Source of the DNA: Myxococcota bacterium
Lineage (GTDB): Bacteria; Myxococcota_A; UBA796; GCA-2862545
Direction: 5' to 3'
Assembly (NCBI GenBank): GCA_041389545.1
Contig: JAWKRQ010000039.1
Location: 1-64,000 of the forward strand
Length of the DNA: 64,000 bases
The position numbers were made by a program, and so were the translations under genes. Below the pieces are notes generated by a model. The model made no database searches. It saw only the letters and a list, made by a program, of their open reading frames with translations, and was not told where the DNA came from. This document shows, piece by piece, positions 30,448 through 43,120 of this stretch; the stretch's first letter is position 1, and the number at the start of each line of letters is the position of its first letter.

Positions 30448-33121
30448 ATGCGGCGCCTGCAGCTCACCGACCGGCTCGTGGACCTCGACAGCGGCGTCGT
30501 CGAGGGCCACGGGACGCTGCGCCACACCGAGCTGGCGCTGCTGACCTGGCTCGCCGAGCACCCGGGCGAGACCTTCTCGCTCGACGAGCTCCACCGCGTG
30601 GTGTGGGGCTACGCGGCGACGGTGACGAGCCGCGCCGCCTACACCTGCGTCGGGCGGGTGCGGGCGCTGGTGGAGCCCGATCCTCGGCGCCCCGTGCACC
30701 TGCTGGCCGAGCGCGGGCGCGGGTACCGGCTCGCCGGCGGGCGCCTGGTGGGCGAAGCGCCGCGCGCCGGCAACGTCGGGCCCGCGGCGGACGGGTTCGT
30801 GGGGCGGACGCGCGAGATCGCGGCCCTGGTGGCGCCCGGCGCGCGGGTCTTGACGGTGGTGGGCCCCGGCGGCGTGGGCAAGAGCCGGCTCGTGGCGGAG
30901 GCGGCGCGCCGCAGCCTCGTCCCGGGCGGCGCGTGGACGGTGGGGCTCGCCCACGCGCGCGACCGGGGCGACGTCCTCGCGGCCGTCGCCGCGGTGGTGC
31001 CCGGCGCGGGGCCGCTCGGCGGGCGGCTCGCCGCGCTCGGCGCCTGCTGGCTCGTGCTGGACGGGGCGGACGCCGCGCTCGAGGCCGTCGGCGCGCTCGT
31101 CGGCGCCTGGGCGGCGGAGGCCGGCGAGGCGCGGATCCTGGTGACGAGCCGGCAGCGGCTGGGCGTGGCGGAGGAGGTGCCGCTGGCCGTCGAGGTGATC
31201 GCGGCGAACGTCGCGCTGGTCGGCCCGGGCGAGGTCCTGCGCGCCCTCGACGCCGGCGTGGCGCTGAAGGTGCGGGTGGGGCCGGCGCGCGGCGAGACCC
31301 TCGACGCCGTCGTGCAGCCGTCCTGGGACGCGCTGGGGGACGAGCTGCGCGACGTGCTCGCGGCGCTGGCGTCGGTGGACGGCGACCTCCGCACCGACGT
31401 GGTCGAGGTCGCGCTCGCCCCGGCCGAGGTGGACGTGACGGCCGCGCTCGGCGACCTGGTGGACCGCTCGCTGCTCGGCGCCGCCCACACCCGGGCGGGG
31501 GGGACGCGCTGGCGGCTGCTGGCGCCGATCCGCGCGTTCGTGCGCCGGCAGCGGCCCGACGAGGACCACGTGCTCGGCCGCCTCGCCGAGCACCTGGCCG
31601 ACGCCTTCGCGCGCGCGTGCGCCGCCGACGTGGTGCCGTGCGTGCGGGTGCCCGTCGGAGACGCGCTCGGGCTGCCCCGCGCGGCCAAGCTGCAGCTCGC
31701 GGCCTGGCTCGAGCGCACGGCCCACCCGCAGCGCCGCCGCGCTCGGCGCCCTGGCCCTCGCCTCGCTCGAGGACGGCGACGACGACGTGCTCGCCCGGCT
31801 GGCGGGCGCCGCGCTGGCCGCCCCGCCGCCCGCGCCGCAGGCCGCGCGCCTGTGGCACTGCGCGGCGTGGGGCGCTGGGCGCTGGGCGACGTCGACGGCG
31901 CCGCCGACGCCTGGCGCGCCGCCCTCGACGCCGCCCTCGACGCCCGGCTGCCGGGCCTCGCCGCGCACGTCACCTTCGTCCTCGGCGGCAACCTCGCCGC
32001 CGCGGGCGCCGCGACGAGGCCCGCGGGGCTGCACGCCGCGCTGCGCCAGCTCGCAGCCGAGCTCCACGGCGAGCTCGCCACCGCCGCTGGCGCGGGCGCG
32101 CAGGTGCTGGAGGCGCGGCTCGCCGCCGCCGCGGGCGACGTGGACGCCGCCGATGTCGCCTTCGCCGAGGCCGCGCGCGCCTACCGCAGCGTCGGGGCCC
32201 CGCGGAGGCGGCGCTGCGCACGCTCGGCCGCGCGCTGCTGCTGCTCGGCGCGCAGCGGCCCGGCGACGCGCTCGTCCGCGCCGACGAGGCGCTGGAGGCC
32301 CTGCGCCTCGCGCCGCCGTCGCCGCTCACCGACCGCTGGTGCCGCGACGCCTGGATCGCGCGCGCCGGCGCACTGTCGTCGCTCGGGCGCTACGACGCGT
32401 CCCTCGAGGCGCTGGAGCCTGCGGCCGCACTGGCGCAGCAGGTCGGCGGCCTCGGCGACGTGCGCCGGGAGCAGGCGATGGCGCTCGGCCACCTGGGCCG
32501 CACCGACGAGGCCGTGGCGCGGTTCGACGAGGCCGCGGGCGGCGGAGCCGTCTCCGCCGGGCGCCGGGCCTATGCGCGCGTCCTGCGCGCCGTCCTGGCC
32601 GACGGCCTGCGCGCCGCCCTCGACGTCTGCCGGGCCCTGCCGGCCGAGACCCCCGAGGAGGCCGGCTGGCGCGCGGTGTACGAGGCGCGGCTGCGCTTCG
32701 CGCTCGGCGACCTCGCCGGGGCGGCCCGGGCGCTCGGCCGGCGGAGGATCCCCTGGCGCAGCTGCTGCTGGCCGAGATCCTGGTGCGCCTCGCCGCGCGC
32801 GACGCCGCGCGCGCGCTGCTGAGCGGCCTGGCCCCCGACGCACCGGCGCTGGCGCGCCACCACCGCAGCCTGTGCGGCCTGGTCGCCGCGCTCGACGGCG
32901 AGGCCTGGCCGAGCGGCCTCGACCTCGACGACGACGCGCACCTCGCCGAGCAGGGCGGCGGCTGGATCGCCCTCGACCTCGAGTGGATCCGCTTCGTCCG
33001 CACGGGCGAGCGACCCCGGCTGGAGCGGATCGTCGCGACCCCGCTGCTGTTCGACCTCGTCGCCGCGCGCCAGGAGGCCGCGGGCCCGCCTCCGGCCTGG
33101 GTCCTCGGCCCCGCGGCGTAG
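30448..33121 (+). CDS. AfsR/SARP-like regulator: OmpR-type winged-helix DNA-binding domain plus STAND (NB-ARC) NTPase plus TPR repeats, with several apparent frameshifts after about 31700
   Basis: wHTH region is LALLTWLAEHPGETFSLDELHRVVWG...RGRGYRL. P-loop is VVGPGGVGKSRL. TPR-like segments and the C-terminal ...IVATPLLFDLVAARQEAAGPPPAWVLGPAA are found in other frames. Confidence 0.5.
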
Positions 33122-33188
33122 CACTGGCGGCCGCGGATGTCCGCGACACCCCGGGGCGCCGGCGGTACCTCTCCCCCCGGAGGGAGCG

Positions 33189-34395
33189 ATGATCGGCATG
33201 CTGTGGGCGCTGTCGGCCCACGCGGGCGAGGTGTGCGCGCCGGGGCCGGGCGCGGCGGTGGTGATCAACGAGATCTTCGCCGATCCCGACGGCGCCGACG
33301 CGGGCGCCGAGTGGGTGGAGCTCGCCAACCGCGGCCCCGACCCGGTCGATCTCGGCGGGTGGCGCCTCGCCGCGGGCACCTCGGCGTACGCCGAGGCCGC
33401 GCCGCTGCCCGCGACGGTGCTCGCGCCGGGCGCGCACCTGGTCGTCGGCCAGGGGCCCGACGTCGACGTGGTGGTCGACGGGCTGTCGCTCGGCAACGCC
33501 AGCAGCAGCGCCGACGCCGTCCAGCTCCGCGATCCGAGCGGCGCCGCCGTCGACACCGTGGTCTACGGCCCGGCCAACCCCGACGGCTGGCTCGACGACG
33601 CGGGCCGTGTCGCGTCGTGCCTCGCGCCGCCCCCACCGCCCGGGGGCGCCCTGGCCCGGCAGCCCGACGCCGCCGACACCGACCGGGGTGCTGTCGACTT
33701 CGCCGCCGTCGCGCTGCCCACGCCGGGCCAGGCCAACGACGCCCTGCCCGCCTGCGCCGCCGGCGAGGGCCCGGCGCCGCGGCTCAACGAGATCCTGCCC
33801 GATCCCGACGGCACCGACGAGGGCGCCGAGTGGGTCGAGCTGTTCAACCCCACCGACGGGCCGGTGGCGCTCGGCGGCTGGCGCCTCGTGGCCGCCTCGG
33901 CGGCCGACCACGAGGCCGTGGCCGTGCTGCCGGACGTCGACGTGCCCGCCCGCGGCTGGCTGCTGCTCGGCGCCGGCGGCGCGCGCCCCTCGAGGTCACG
34001 CTCGGCAACGGCACCGACACCGACGCGCTCCGGCTCGAGGACTGCCGCGGCGAGGTCGTCGACTCCGTGCTCTACGGCGAGGCCCCCAACGACGACGCCC
34101 TCCTGACGACCTCGGCGCCGTGCCCGACCCCTACGGCGACCCGCAGGACGGCAGCGCCCTGGCTCGGATCGTCGACGGCAGCGACCGCGACGCCGCCAGC
34201 GACTGGCGGGTGACGCGCCAGCCGACGCCGGGCGCGGCGAACGAGGCCGCCCCGCTCGACGCCGCCGCCCTGCCGCCCGGCTGCGTGGGCGAGCCCGGCG
34301 AGGGCTGCGGCGGCGACCGCGCGGCGGTGCTGCCCGCGCTGTTGCTGCTGGCGGCCGCGCGGCGCCGGCGGGTACGCTGCGGGCGAGGTGCCCCC

Positions 34396-34399
<4 letters not shown>
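33189..34399 (+). CDS. Secreted protein with two lamin-tail domains (LTD) and a MYXO-CTERM tail; multiple apparent frameshifts
   Basis: VVINEIFADPDGADAGAEWVELANRGPDPVDLGGWRL and RLNEILPDPDGTDEGAEWVELFNPTDGPVALGGWRL are LTD signatures. Later GCGGDRAAVLPALLLLAAARRRR (MYXO-CTERM) is in a different frame. An ATGA overlap with the next gene at 34396. Confidence 0.5.
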
Positions 34400-35289
<890 letters not shown>

Positions 35290-35302
35290 GCGGCGCGAGG
35301 GC

Positions 35303-35950
35303 CTACTTGCTGGCCGCCGCCAGCGGATCGAGCGGGATCGTGCCGAGGTGCCCCATCCGCGCCCGCTTGGTCGCGATGTAGCCGCGACTGTGGGGGTTCG
35401 CCGCGATGATCAGCGGCTCCCGCGCCCGCACCTTCACGCCGAGCTCGGTGAGCAGCTCGATCTTGCGGGGGTTGTTGGTGAGCAGGCGGATCTCGGTGAG
35501 CTGCAGATCGGCGAGGATCGCCGCCGCCGCCTCGTACTGCCGGGCGTCGTCGGGCAGGCCCAGGGCGAGGTTCGCGTCGACCGTGTCGAGGCCCTGCTCC
35601 TGCAGCGCATACGCCGCGATCTTGTTGGCGAGCCCGATGCCGCGGCCCTCCTGGCGGAGGTAGATCACCACGCCGCCTTCCTCGCGGATGCGGTCGAGCG
35701 ACGACTCCAGCTGCTCGCGGCAGTCGCACCGCAGCGAGCCCAGCACCTCGCTCGTGAGGCACTCGTCGTGGACCCGCACCAGCACGTCGGTGCGCCCCTC
35801 GATCTCGCCCGCCACGATGGCCAGGGGCTCGGTGCCGCTGTCATCCCGATAGGCCCGGACCCGGAACGATCCGCGGAGCGTGGGCAGCTGCGTCTCTGCC
35901 ACGAATGTGAGCTCGCCCGGTGCGCGGTTCGTCGCGCTGCTGGGGTCCAT
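35303..35950 (-). CDS. ribA: GTP cyclohydrolase II
   Basis: RCDCREQL...YLRQEGRGIGLANKIAAYALQEQGLDTVDANLALG...IRLLTNNPRK. 216 aa. GGAGGAGG upstream of the ATG. Confidence 0.8.
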   Translation of the reverse strand: MDPSSATNRAPGELTFVAETQLPTLRGSFRVRAYRDDSGTEPLAIVAGEIEGRTDVLVRVHDECLTSEVLGSLRCDCREQLESSLDRIREEGGVVIYLRQEGRGIGLANKIAAYALQEQGLDTVDANLALGLPDDARQYEAAAAILADLQLTEIRLLTNNPRKIELLTELGVKVRAREPLIIAANPHSRGYIATKRARMGHLGTIPLDPLAAASK

Positions 35951-36078
35951 GCCTCCTCCTGCGTCACGGCACTGTTCCATAACGAGTTGGCGCCCGCATC
36001 GGGTTCGAGCGGGGACGCCGGCGGTGTAGTATGCGCGACCACGCCGCCGGGCGCCTGCCCGGATGCCACCGGGGAGCC

Positions 36079-37221
36079 ATGTCCACCCTGCTGCTGTTCC
36101 TGTTCGCCGTCCTGGCCCCCGCACACGCCGAGGCCCCCGAGTTCCTGCTGGGCGATCTCGACGTCCGCCTCGACCTGTCCCACGACTGGCACATGACGCG
36201 CTGGTCGGACTACGACTTCGAGGCGCGGATCGAGGGCGATCCCGTCCTGCTGTACGCCTGGTCCACCACCGTCCGCGGCCCGGTCGACCCGCCGGAGGCC
36301 TGGGCCCCCGTCTACGAGCGCAAGATCGAGGATCTGCAGGGCACCGATCCGAAGATCGGCGAAGCGCAGGTCCACGAGGCGGGCGGGCGCGCGTTCGCCT
36401 TCGTCGACGCGAGCTTCACCCTCGCCAAGGCCGGGCGGATCGTGCTGCGCGGCGCGACCACCGAGATCGACGGACGCAACTTCCACTTCGCCGTCGTGGC
36501 CCCCGCGCGGCTGGCGAGCGTGGCGTCGCGCAACCGCGAGGCGATCGCCCAGCGCCTGGAGTTCACCGCCGAGGTCCCCGACCCCGGCTACGGCGCCACC
36601 GTCGAGGCCAACGGCGAGACCACCGTGCTCCCGGCCGACTGGCGCCCGCTCCGCCCCGACGAGGTCTCCGCCGTCGCCTCCCGCCTGACCAAGCTCGGGC
36701 TCGAAGACCTGGAGGACTGCTGGAGTGCGGTGCGCCCGCACCCCGGCAGCGAGGCCGACGTCATGGTCTCGTGCAGCCGGGGGCCGCTGCACCTCGGCGT
36801 CGTCGACGAGCTCAGCGCGGGAGACGCCGACCAGCTGCTGCGCGGCAAGCTGTTCGGCCAGGAGGCCGGCGACGGCACGCCCGTGCCGACCGCCGACCGC
36901 ACCGCCCTCCTCTACACCCCGCGCGACGGCATCGCCTTCGGGGCGATCCCCGACGGCATGCGCGTCCGCGTGGTCTGGGCGCTCGGCGAGGGCGACCTCG
37001 GCGACGCCGTGACGAAGGCGCTGGCCGGCACCACCCTCGACGTTCCGCACGCCGTTGGGGTGGGCGACCAGATCTCGTACTACGTGTATCATCGGCCGCT
37101 GTCGCCGGTGGTGCTGTGTCCGGTCGGCTGCCTGTGCGGGGGCGTGGCGGTCCTGCTCGGCGGCATCGCCCTCGTCGTGATCCTGCGGTCGCGCCGTCGC
37201 GGCGACGAAGACGACGAATGA
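36079..37221 (+). CDS. Secreted hypothetical protein with a MYXO-CTERM-like tail
   Basis: Signal peptide MSTLLLFLFAVLAPAHA with GGGGAG upstream. C-terminus is [34 protein letters not shown]. The stop overlaps the next start (ATGA). Confidence 0.6.
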   Translation: MSTLLLFLFAVLAPAHAEAPEFLLGDLDVRLDLSHDWHMTRWSDYDFEARIEGDPVLLYAWSTTVRGPVDPPEAWAPVYERKIEDLQGTDPKIGEAQVHEAGGRAFAFVDASFTLAKAGRIVLRGATTEIDGRNFHFAVVAPARLASVASRNREAIAQRLEFTAEVPDPGYGATVEANGETTVLPADWRPLRPDEVSAVASRLTKLGLEDLEDCWSAVRPHPGSEADVMVSCSRGPLHLGVVDELSAGDADQLLRGKLFGQEAGDGTPVPTADRTALLYTPRDGIAFGAIPDGMRVRVVWALGEGDLGDAVTKALAGTTLDVPHAVGVGDQISYYVYHRPLSPVVLCPVGCLCGGVAVLLGGIALVVILRSRRRGDEDDE

Positions 37222-38930
37222 CCTCCGTGGCCGCGCTGTGGCGCCGTCGCGCCCGCAGCACCCCGCAGCGGACGGCGTTCCGCGCCCGCCACGGCGAGCG
37301 CTGGGCCTCCATGTCGTGGGCGGAGGCCGACGCCCGCGTGCGGCACGTCGCCGCCGGCCTCCTCGCGCGCGGCATCCCCCGCGGCGCGCGGGTGGCGATC
37401 CTCTGCGGCACGCGCGTGGAGTGGATCCTCGCCGACTTCGGCGTCCTGTGCGCGGGCGCGGCCACCTCCACCATCTACCCCTCGTCGACGGCCCAGACGG
37501 CCTACATCCTGCGCGACGCCGACTGCTGGGCCGTCGTCGTGGAGGACGCCGCGCAGCTCGCGAAGGTCCGCGAGGGCGGCGTGGTCCCCGAGCACGTCTT
37601 CGCGGTGGAGGAGGGCACCGACGCGCCGTCGCTGCGCGACCTCGAGGCCGAAGGCGCCGCCTGGCTCGACGCCCACCCCGACGCCGTCGACGAGCGCATC
37701 GACGCCCTCGGCCCCGACGACCTCGCGACCCTCATCTACACGTCGGGGACCACCGGCCCGCCGAAGGGCGTGGTCCTGACCCACGACAACTGGTGCTTCC
37801 AGGCGGAGTCGGTCCACGAGACCGTCGGCCACGACGTCCGCGACGACGACCTCCAGTACCTGTTCCTCCCGCTGGCCCACAGCTTCGGCAAGATCTGCGA
37901 GCTCGTCGCGGTGGAGCTCGGCGTGGCCACCGCCGTCGACGGCGACCTCGAGGGCATCCTGGCGGGCCTGCAGCACGAGCGCCCGACCCTGATGCCCGCC
38001 GTGCCGCGGGTCTTCGAGAAGATCCACCACCGCATCCACGCCGAGGCCGCGCGCGGCGGGCCCCGTCGGCTCGCGGTGCTGCGGTGGGCGGTGCAGGTCG
38101 GCGCCGAGCGGGTCCGGCGCGAGCAGGCGGGCGAGCGGGTCGGCCTGCGGCTGCGCGGCCAGACCGCCCTGGCCGATCGCCTCGTCTACCGCCGGCTGCG
38201 CGCCGCGCTCGGCGGCCGGATCCGCGCCTTCGTCTCGGGCGGCGCGCCGCTGACGCCCGACATCGCCGGCTTCTTCCAGGCCGCCGGCATGACCGTGGTC
38301 GAGGGCTACGGCCTGACCGAGACCTCCGCCGGGGCCGTCGCCAACCGGCAGGACGACGTGCGCTTCGGCACCGTCGGCCGCACCCCTTCCCCAGGGTCGA
38401 GTCCGGGTAGCCGACGGCGGCGAGGTGCTGCTGCGCGGCCGCAACGTGATGCGCGACTGGAACCGGCCCCGACGCCACCGCCGACGCCCTCGACGCCGAC
38501 GGCTGGCTGCACACCAGCGACCTCGGCGCGCTCGACCCCGACGGGCGGCTCGTCATCACCGGGCGCCTCAAGGACCTCATCGTCACCGCCGGCGGCAAGA
38601 ACGTCGCCCCGCAGGATCGCGGAGCAGCAGCTGAAGGCGCTGTCCGCTCGTGGCCGAGGTGGTGACGGTGGGCGACCGGCGTCCGTACTGCGTCGCGCTG
38701 GTGTGGCTCGACCCGGAGGTCGCGCAGACCTGGCTCGCCGACCGGGCCAGCCCGCCGACGTCGACTTCGCCGCGCTCTCCCGGACCGCCGCGCTGCACGA
38801 CGCCGTGTGGGCGGCGGTCGAGGCGGTCAACGCCACCCTGCCCTCGTACGCGACGATCAAGCGGATCGCGCTGGTCGGCGACGCGCCGATGACCGAGGCC
38901 TCGGGGCTGCTCACGCCGTCGCGAAGGTGA
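37218..38930 (+). CDS. Long-chain fatty-acid--CoA ligase (AMP-binding family, FadD-like); at least four apparent frameshifts in the last third
   Basis: [20 protein letters not shown] (AMP-binding motif I), later GYGLTETS, then ...[39 protein letters not shown] and ...[22 protein letters not shown] found in shifting frames. Confidence 0.55.
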   Translation: MTSVAALWRRRARSTPQRTAFRARHGERWASMSWAEADARVRHVAAGLLARGIPRGARVAILCGTRVEWILADFGVLCAGAATSTIYPSSTAQTAYILRDADCWAVVVEDAAQLAKVREGGVVPEHVFAVEEGTDAPSLRDLEAEGAAWLDAHPDAVDERIDALGPDDLATLIYTSGTTGPPKGVVLTHDNWCFQAESVHETVGHDVRDDDLQYLFLPLAHSFGKICELVAVELGVATAVDGDLEGILAGLQHERPTLMPAVPRVFEKIHHRIHAEAARGGPRRLAVLRWAVQVGAERVRREQAGERVGLRLRGQTALADRLVYRRLRAALGGRIRAFVSGGAPLTPDIAGFFQAAGMTVVEGYGLTETSAGAVANRQDDVRFGTVGRTPSPGSSPGSRRRRGAAARPQRDARLEPAPTPPPTPSTPTAGCTPATSARSTPTGGSSSPGASRTSSSPPAARTSPRRIAEQQLKALSARGRGGDGGRPASVLRRAGVARPGGRADLARRPGQPADVDFAALSRTAALHDAVWAAVEAVNATLPSYATIKRIALVGDAPMTEASGLLTPSRR

Positions 38931-38985
38931 AGCGCGGGGCGGTGGCCGAGCGCTACGCCGACCCGCATCGAGGCGCTCTACGCGG

Positions 38986-41133
38986 TCACTTGACCGTGCA
39001 GCTGAAGAAGCCGGCCACGCAGTTGACGGTGACGGTGCGGCCCTTGCGCACGGTGACGCTGGCCCGCTGCTTGAGCTCGCCCTGGCCGGGGAACGTGGCG
39101 CGCAGCTCGTAGGTGCCCTCGGGGACCCAGCCGGCGCTGTAGGTCTTGCCGTTGCCCACGAGGTGGATCGAGGTCGCGTCTCGGTGAGCTGGACCTTGCC
39201 CTTCGACAGGCCGCGCGGCTTCGGCTTCGCCGGGGTGGGCACCGGCGCCGCGTCGGCGTCGCCGGCCGGCGCGTCGGGCTCGGGCACGTCGGCATCCGGC
39301 ACGTCGGCGTCCGGCAGGTCGGCGTCCGGCGTCGGCGTCCGGCACCTGGTCAGGTCGGGCTGCGGCTGCGCCTCGGTGGGACGGGCGCAGGGCCTCGTCA
39401 GCGTGGCGTCTCGCCGGGATCAGCGCCGCCAGACACCAGCGCGTAGAGCAGGGAGCCGCCGAGCAGCACCAGCAGGGTGCCGCCGATGGCGAGGACGGCC
39501 GCCATGGCCGGCGCGGCCAGCCACGGCACGGTGCGCCCCATGGCGGCGCCTGGGCGGCACGGTGGTGGGGCTCGTGGGCGGCGCGGGGAGGTGCAGCGAC
39601 GGCGTGGAGTCGAGCATCGGCGAGCGGCCCGGCCAGCGGCTTCGCCGCGCCCGCCGTGGTCGCTGCGGGGGACGGCGAGGAGGACGGCGCCGACTGCACG
39701 AGGATCGAGACCTGCAGGCGACCGCGGCCGGCGGCACGGGCGAGGCCGAGGAGGCGGGCTTCATGGGCTCGTCGGGCTCGTCGTCGTCCTCCTCGCGCAC
39801 CCACTCCGTGGCCGGGGCGGGGCGGCGCGTCGAGGAGGCCTCGGCCTCGGCCTCCCGGCTCGGGCGCGGCGGCCGCCAGCAGCGGCGTCGACACGGCGCG
39901 CACCTTCTCGGTCTCGGCCTCCTCCTCGTCGAGGTCGTCGAGCACCTGGCGGACGATGGGCTCGAAAGCGCGTGTGATCTTCGCCGTCGGCCAGCGCCTC
40001 GCCCAGCGGCTCCGGCTCGGGCTCGGCCTCGGGCTCGGGCTCCGCCTCGGGCACCGGCTCCGGCGCCCGCCGCTTCGGCCTCCGCCGCCGCTCCCGGCGC
40101 AGGCTCCGCTGCGTCCACCGGCGCCGGCTCGACCTCCGGCGCCGCCTCCGCTTCCTCCGGCGCAGGCGCCTCCGCCTCCGGCTCCGGCTCCTCCACCGCC
40201 GAGCCCGACGGCCGCGCGCCCCGGGGATCTCCATCCCCGTCGCCTGGCTCTCCGACAGGCTCTGCCGATCCGCTGGAGCACCGCCCGGTTCCACGCCTGC
40301 GAGCGCTCCATCCGCGTGTGCCCGCACCACGTCGTACAGCGCGTCGACCGAGGCCAGGCGCTGCTCGAGGTCGACATCGCCCCCTCGATGGCGTCGGCCA
40401 TGCGGTCGGGCAGCTGCGGGACGAGCTCGGTGATCCGCGGGTAGTCGGCGTTGCGGACCCGGTCGAGCAGGTCGAACAGGTCCTCCTCGTCGTAGGGGCG
40501 CCGCCCCGCGCACAGCTCGTAGAGCACGACGCCGAGCGAGTACACGTCGGCCCGGGCGTCGACCGAGCGCGTGTTCCGGAACTGCTCGGGCGCCATGTAC
40601 GACGGCGTGCCCATCACGACGCCGGTGCGCGTCTGCACGGCCGCCGCGTTGCCGTCGAGGCTCTTCGCCAGCCCGAAGTCGGTGATCTTCGGCAGGTACC
40701 CGTCGTCGGTCTGCGCCAGCAGCACGTTCGCCGGCTTGATGTCGCGGTGGATCAGCCCCGCGGCGTGCGCCGCGCGCACCCCCTTGAGCATGCCCCGCGC
40801 GAGCTCGTCGATCTGCTCGGGGGTGGGCTGGTGCACGGCGAGCAGCGCGGCCATCGACGGCCCGTCGACGTACTCCATCACCAGCGCCGGCAGCCCGCCG
40901 ACCTCGATCATGTCGAACACGGTGACGATGTTCGGGTGCCGCAGCTCGGCCTGCAGCGCGCCCTCGCTCCGGATGCGATCGGCGAGCTCCGGGTGGGTGA
41001 CGTGCATCACCTTCAGGGCGTAGGCGACGTTCAGCATCCGGTGCCGGATGCGGTAGACCGACGCCATCCCACCCCGCCCGACCAGGCCTTCGACCACGAA
41101 CCTGTCGACGGCGGTGCCCGCAGCGAGTTCCAT
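38986..41133 (-). CDS. Eukaryotic-like Ser/Thr protein kinase with a C-terminal PEGA-like beta domain; the middle is Gly/Ala/Arg-rich and apparently frameshifted
   Basis: Kinase subdomains: ALKVMH, HRDIKPANVLL, DFGLAKS, GTPSYMAPE. C-terminal ...GKTYSAGWVPEGTYELRATFPGQGELKQRASVTVRKGRTVTVNC. Confidence 0.6.
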   Translation of the reverse strand: MELAAGTAVDRFVVEGLVGRGGMASVYRIRHRMLNVAYALKVMHVTHPELADRIRSEGALQAELRHPNIVTVFDMIEVGGLPALVMEYVDGPSMAALLAVHQPTPEQIDELARGMLKGVRAAHAAGLIHRDIKPANVLLAQTDDGYLPKITDFGLAKSLDGNAAAVQTRTGVVMGTPSYMAPEQFRNTRSVDARADVYSLGVVLYELCAGRRPYDEEDLFDLLDRVRNADYPRITELVPQLPDRMADAIEGAMSTSSSAWPRSTRCTTWCGHTRMERSQAWNRAVLQRIGRACRRARRRGWRSPGRAAVGLGGGGAGAGGGGACAGGSGGGAGGRAGAGGRSGACAGSGGGGRSGGRRSRCPRRSPSPRPSPSRSRWARRWPTAKITRAFEPIVRQVLDDLDEEEAETEKVRAVSTPLLAAAAPEPGGRGRGLLDAPPRPGHGVGARGGRRRARRAHEARLLGLARAAGRGRLQVSILVQSAPSSSPSPAATTAGAAKPLAGPLADARLHAVAAPPRAAHEPHHRAAQAPPWGAPCRGWPRRPWRPSSPSAAPCWCCSAAPCSTRWCLAALIPARRHADEALRPSHRGAAAARPDQVPDADAGRRPAGRRRAGCRRARARRAGRRRRRGAGAHPGEAEAARPVEGQGPAHRDATSIHLVGNGKTYSAGWVPEGTYELRATFPGQGELKQRASVTVRKGRTVTVNCVAGFFSCTVK

Positions 41134-41234
41134 GCCGGACAGCCTAGCGTGGACGGACCCGATCGCGCCAGCGGTTCACAACCTTGACCCATCCTTGTCC
41201 CCCGCCGGGCCGCCGCCTCCGGTACAACACCCTC

Positions 41235-42065
41235 ATGACCGCCTCCCCTCGGCTCCTCGTCCCCCTCCTCGCCCTCGCCCTCGCGGCGTGCGATCCCGAC
41301 GGCGACAGCCGCTTCGACGGCCTCGACGACGGCTCGCACACCACCGGCACCACCCGTCCCGGCGGCGACGACGACGACGACGACGACGGCCGCACCACCC
41401 CCCAGCCCAACACCACCACGAGCGGCGGCGCCCAGCAGTGCGTCGTGCTGTACGGCGGCAACGACCGCGTCCGCGGGCCCGACGAGGGGCTGCCCACCGC
41501 CGACGACGCCCGCACGCTGCAGGCCTGGATCCGCACCACCTCGCTGCGCGAGCAGGTCGCCATCAGCCACGGCCGCCCGAGCCCGAACCAGGGCTTCCAG
41601 CTCGGCACCGTCGACGGGCTGCCCATGGCCCGCACCGGCAGCGGTCTCGACCAGGTCGTGGGCGACGTCGACGTGGCCGACGACCGTTGGCACCACCTCG
41701 CCGTCGCCTACGACGGCCGGCTCGCCGTCCTGATGGTCGACGGCGAGATCGTCGGCAGCGGCGAGCTCACCACCGACACCCTCCAGGGCGACGTCGTCGC
41801 CGGGAACACGCCCACGGGCGACCTCTCCCGGTCCTGGATCGGCTCGCTCGACGACGTCCGGATCTTCCGCGGCGCCCGCACCACGGCCGACGTGTCGCTC
41901 GATCCCGACGGCGAAGGCGTCGACGAGCGCTTCCTGACGCTGTGGTGGGACTTCGAGGTCGACGGCGGCGGCCCGGGCATCACCGTCCCCGATCTGTCCG
42001 GCAACGGCCACGACGGCATCACCGCCGGCGCCAACGGCTCCCCCAGCTTCGTGCCGTGCCGCTGA
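41235..42065 (+). CDS. Lipoprotein with a concanavalin-A-like/LamG-like lectin domain
   Basis: LALALAAC lipobox, Asp-rich linker (DDDDDDD). LamG-like W.HLAVAYDG..L..YVDG...G; GNGHDG... Confidence 0.5.
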   Translation: MTASPRLLVPLLALALAACDPDGDSRFDGLDDGSHTTGTTRPGGDDDDDDDGRTTPQPNTTTSGGAQQCVVLYGGNDRVRGPDEGLPTADDARTLQAWIRTTSLREQVAISHGRPSPNQGFQLGTVDGLPMARTGSGLDQVVGDVDVADDRWHHLAVAYDGRLAVLMVDGEIVGSGELTTDTLQGDVVAGNTPTGDLSRSWIGSLDDVRIFRGARTTADVSLDPDGEGVDERFLTLWWDFEVDGGGPGITVPDLSGNGHDGITAGANGSPSFVPCR

Positions 42066-42087
42066 GCCGGACCCGCCGCCGCGCGCG

Positions 42088-43120
42088 GTGATAACCATGG
42101 ACATGGCAGCGCTCCCTCCGCCCGACCGCGACGTGATCGCCGGTCGGTACCGCCTGCTCGAACCGATCGGCGCCGGGGGCTCCTCCGCGGTCTACCGGGC
42201 CTTCGACCAGAACCGCGAGGCCTTCCGGGCCGTGAAGCTCGTCTCGGCGGAGCTCGCGGCCAACGACAAGGTCCGGCGCCGGCTGCTGCAGGAGGCCGAG
42301 GTGATGGCCCGCCTGCAGCACCCGAACGTGGTCACGCTGTACGAGGCCGGGACCGACGGCGATGCCGTCTACCTCGTGATGGAGCTCATGCCCGGCGGCT
42401 CGATGATCGAGCGCCTCGCCGAGGGCCCGCTGCCGCCGCGCATGGCCGTGGGGGTGCTGGTGGGCGTGCTGTCGGCGCTGCAGCTCGCCCACGACGCCGG
42501 CATCGTCCACCGCGACGTGAAGCCGGCGAACATCCGCATTGGCCGTCACGGCAACGTCAAGCTGCTCGACTTCGGCATCGCCATCTCCGAGGTCCTCGCG
42601 CGCTCGGCCCACACGCAGGGCAACATCGTGATGGGGAGCCTGTCGTACCTCGCGCCCGAGCGGTTCGACGTGGACCTGCCGCCGCACCCGGGCTCCGACG
42701 TGTTCGCGCTCGGCTGCGTGCTCTACGAGGGGCTGACGCGCAGCCGGCTGTTCGGTCGGATGGACGCGAAGGACCTCTTCACGCTGACGCAGACGGAGCC
42801 CGCGTTCGCGTCGTTCGTCGACCAGCAGCTGCAGCACGAGATGCCCGACGGCGTGCGGACGCTGCTGCGCGACATGTTCCGCCTGGAGCCCGAGGAGCGT
42901 CCCTCGGCGGCGGAGGTCGCGCGGCGCTGCGACGAGCTGCTGGTGGCGCTGCCGGAGCGGACCACCCTGCGGGTGTGGTGCCGGGAGCGGGACTGGCCGC
43001 CGGAGGCCGAGGTGCGGTCGCCGCGCTCGAAGCCGCCGCGCGCGCCGTCGAGCCGGCCGCCGCCGGTTGGCGCTCGCCGTGCTGCTGGGCGTAGCTGCCG
43101 CGCTGTACTTCGCGGTCTAG
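42088..43120 (+). CDS. Eukaryotic-like Ser/Thr protein kinase with a C-terminal TM anchor in a shifted frame
   Basis: GAGGSSAVY...AVKLV...HRDVKPANI...DFGIA...SLSYLAPE. The tail ALAVLLGVAAALYFAV then stop is in another frame near 43060. Confidence 0.6.

Noticed and set aside
27103-32822. A 1654-aa minus-strand ORF 27103..32067 and related ORFs 29193..32822 and 30464..31858
   Set aside because: They are low-complexity Arg/Gly/Ala-rich sequence on strands or frames opposite to clearly recognisable genes (GT-C paralogs, STAND regulator).
30448-33121. Calling the STAND NTPase an Avs/antiviral STAND
   Set aside because: The N-terminal domain is an OmpR-type winged helix (SARP/AfsR-like transcription factor layout), not a nuclease or protease effector.
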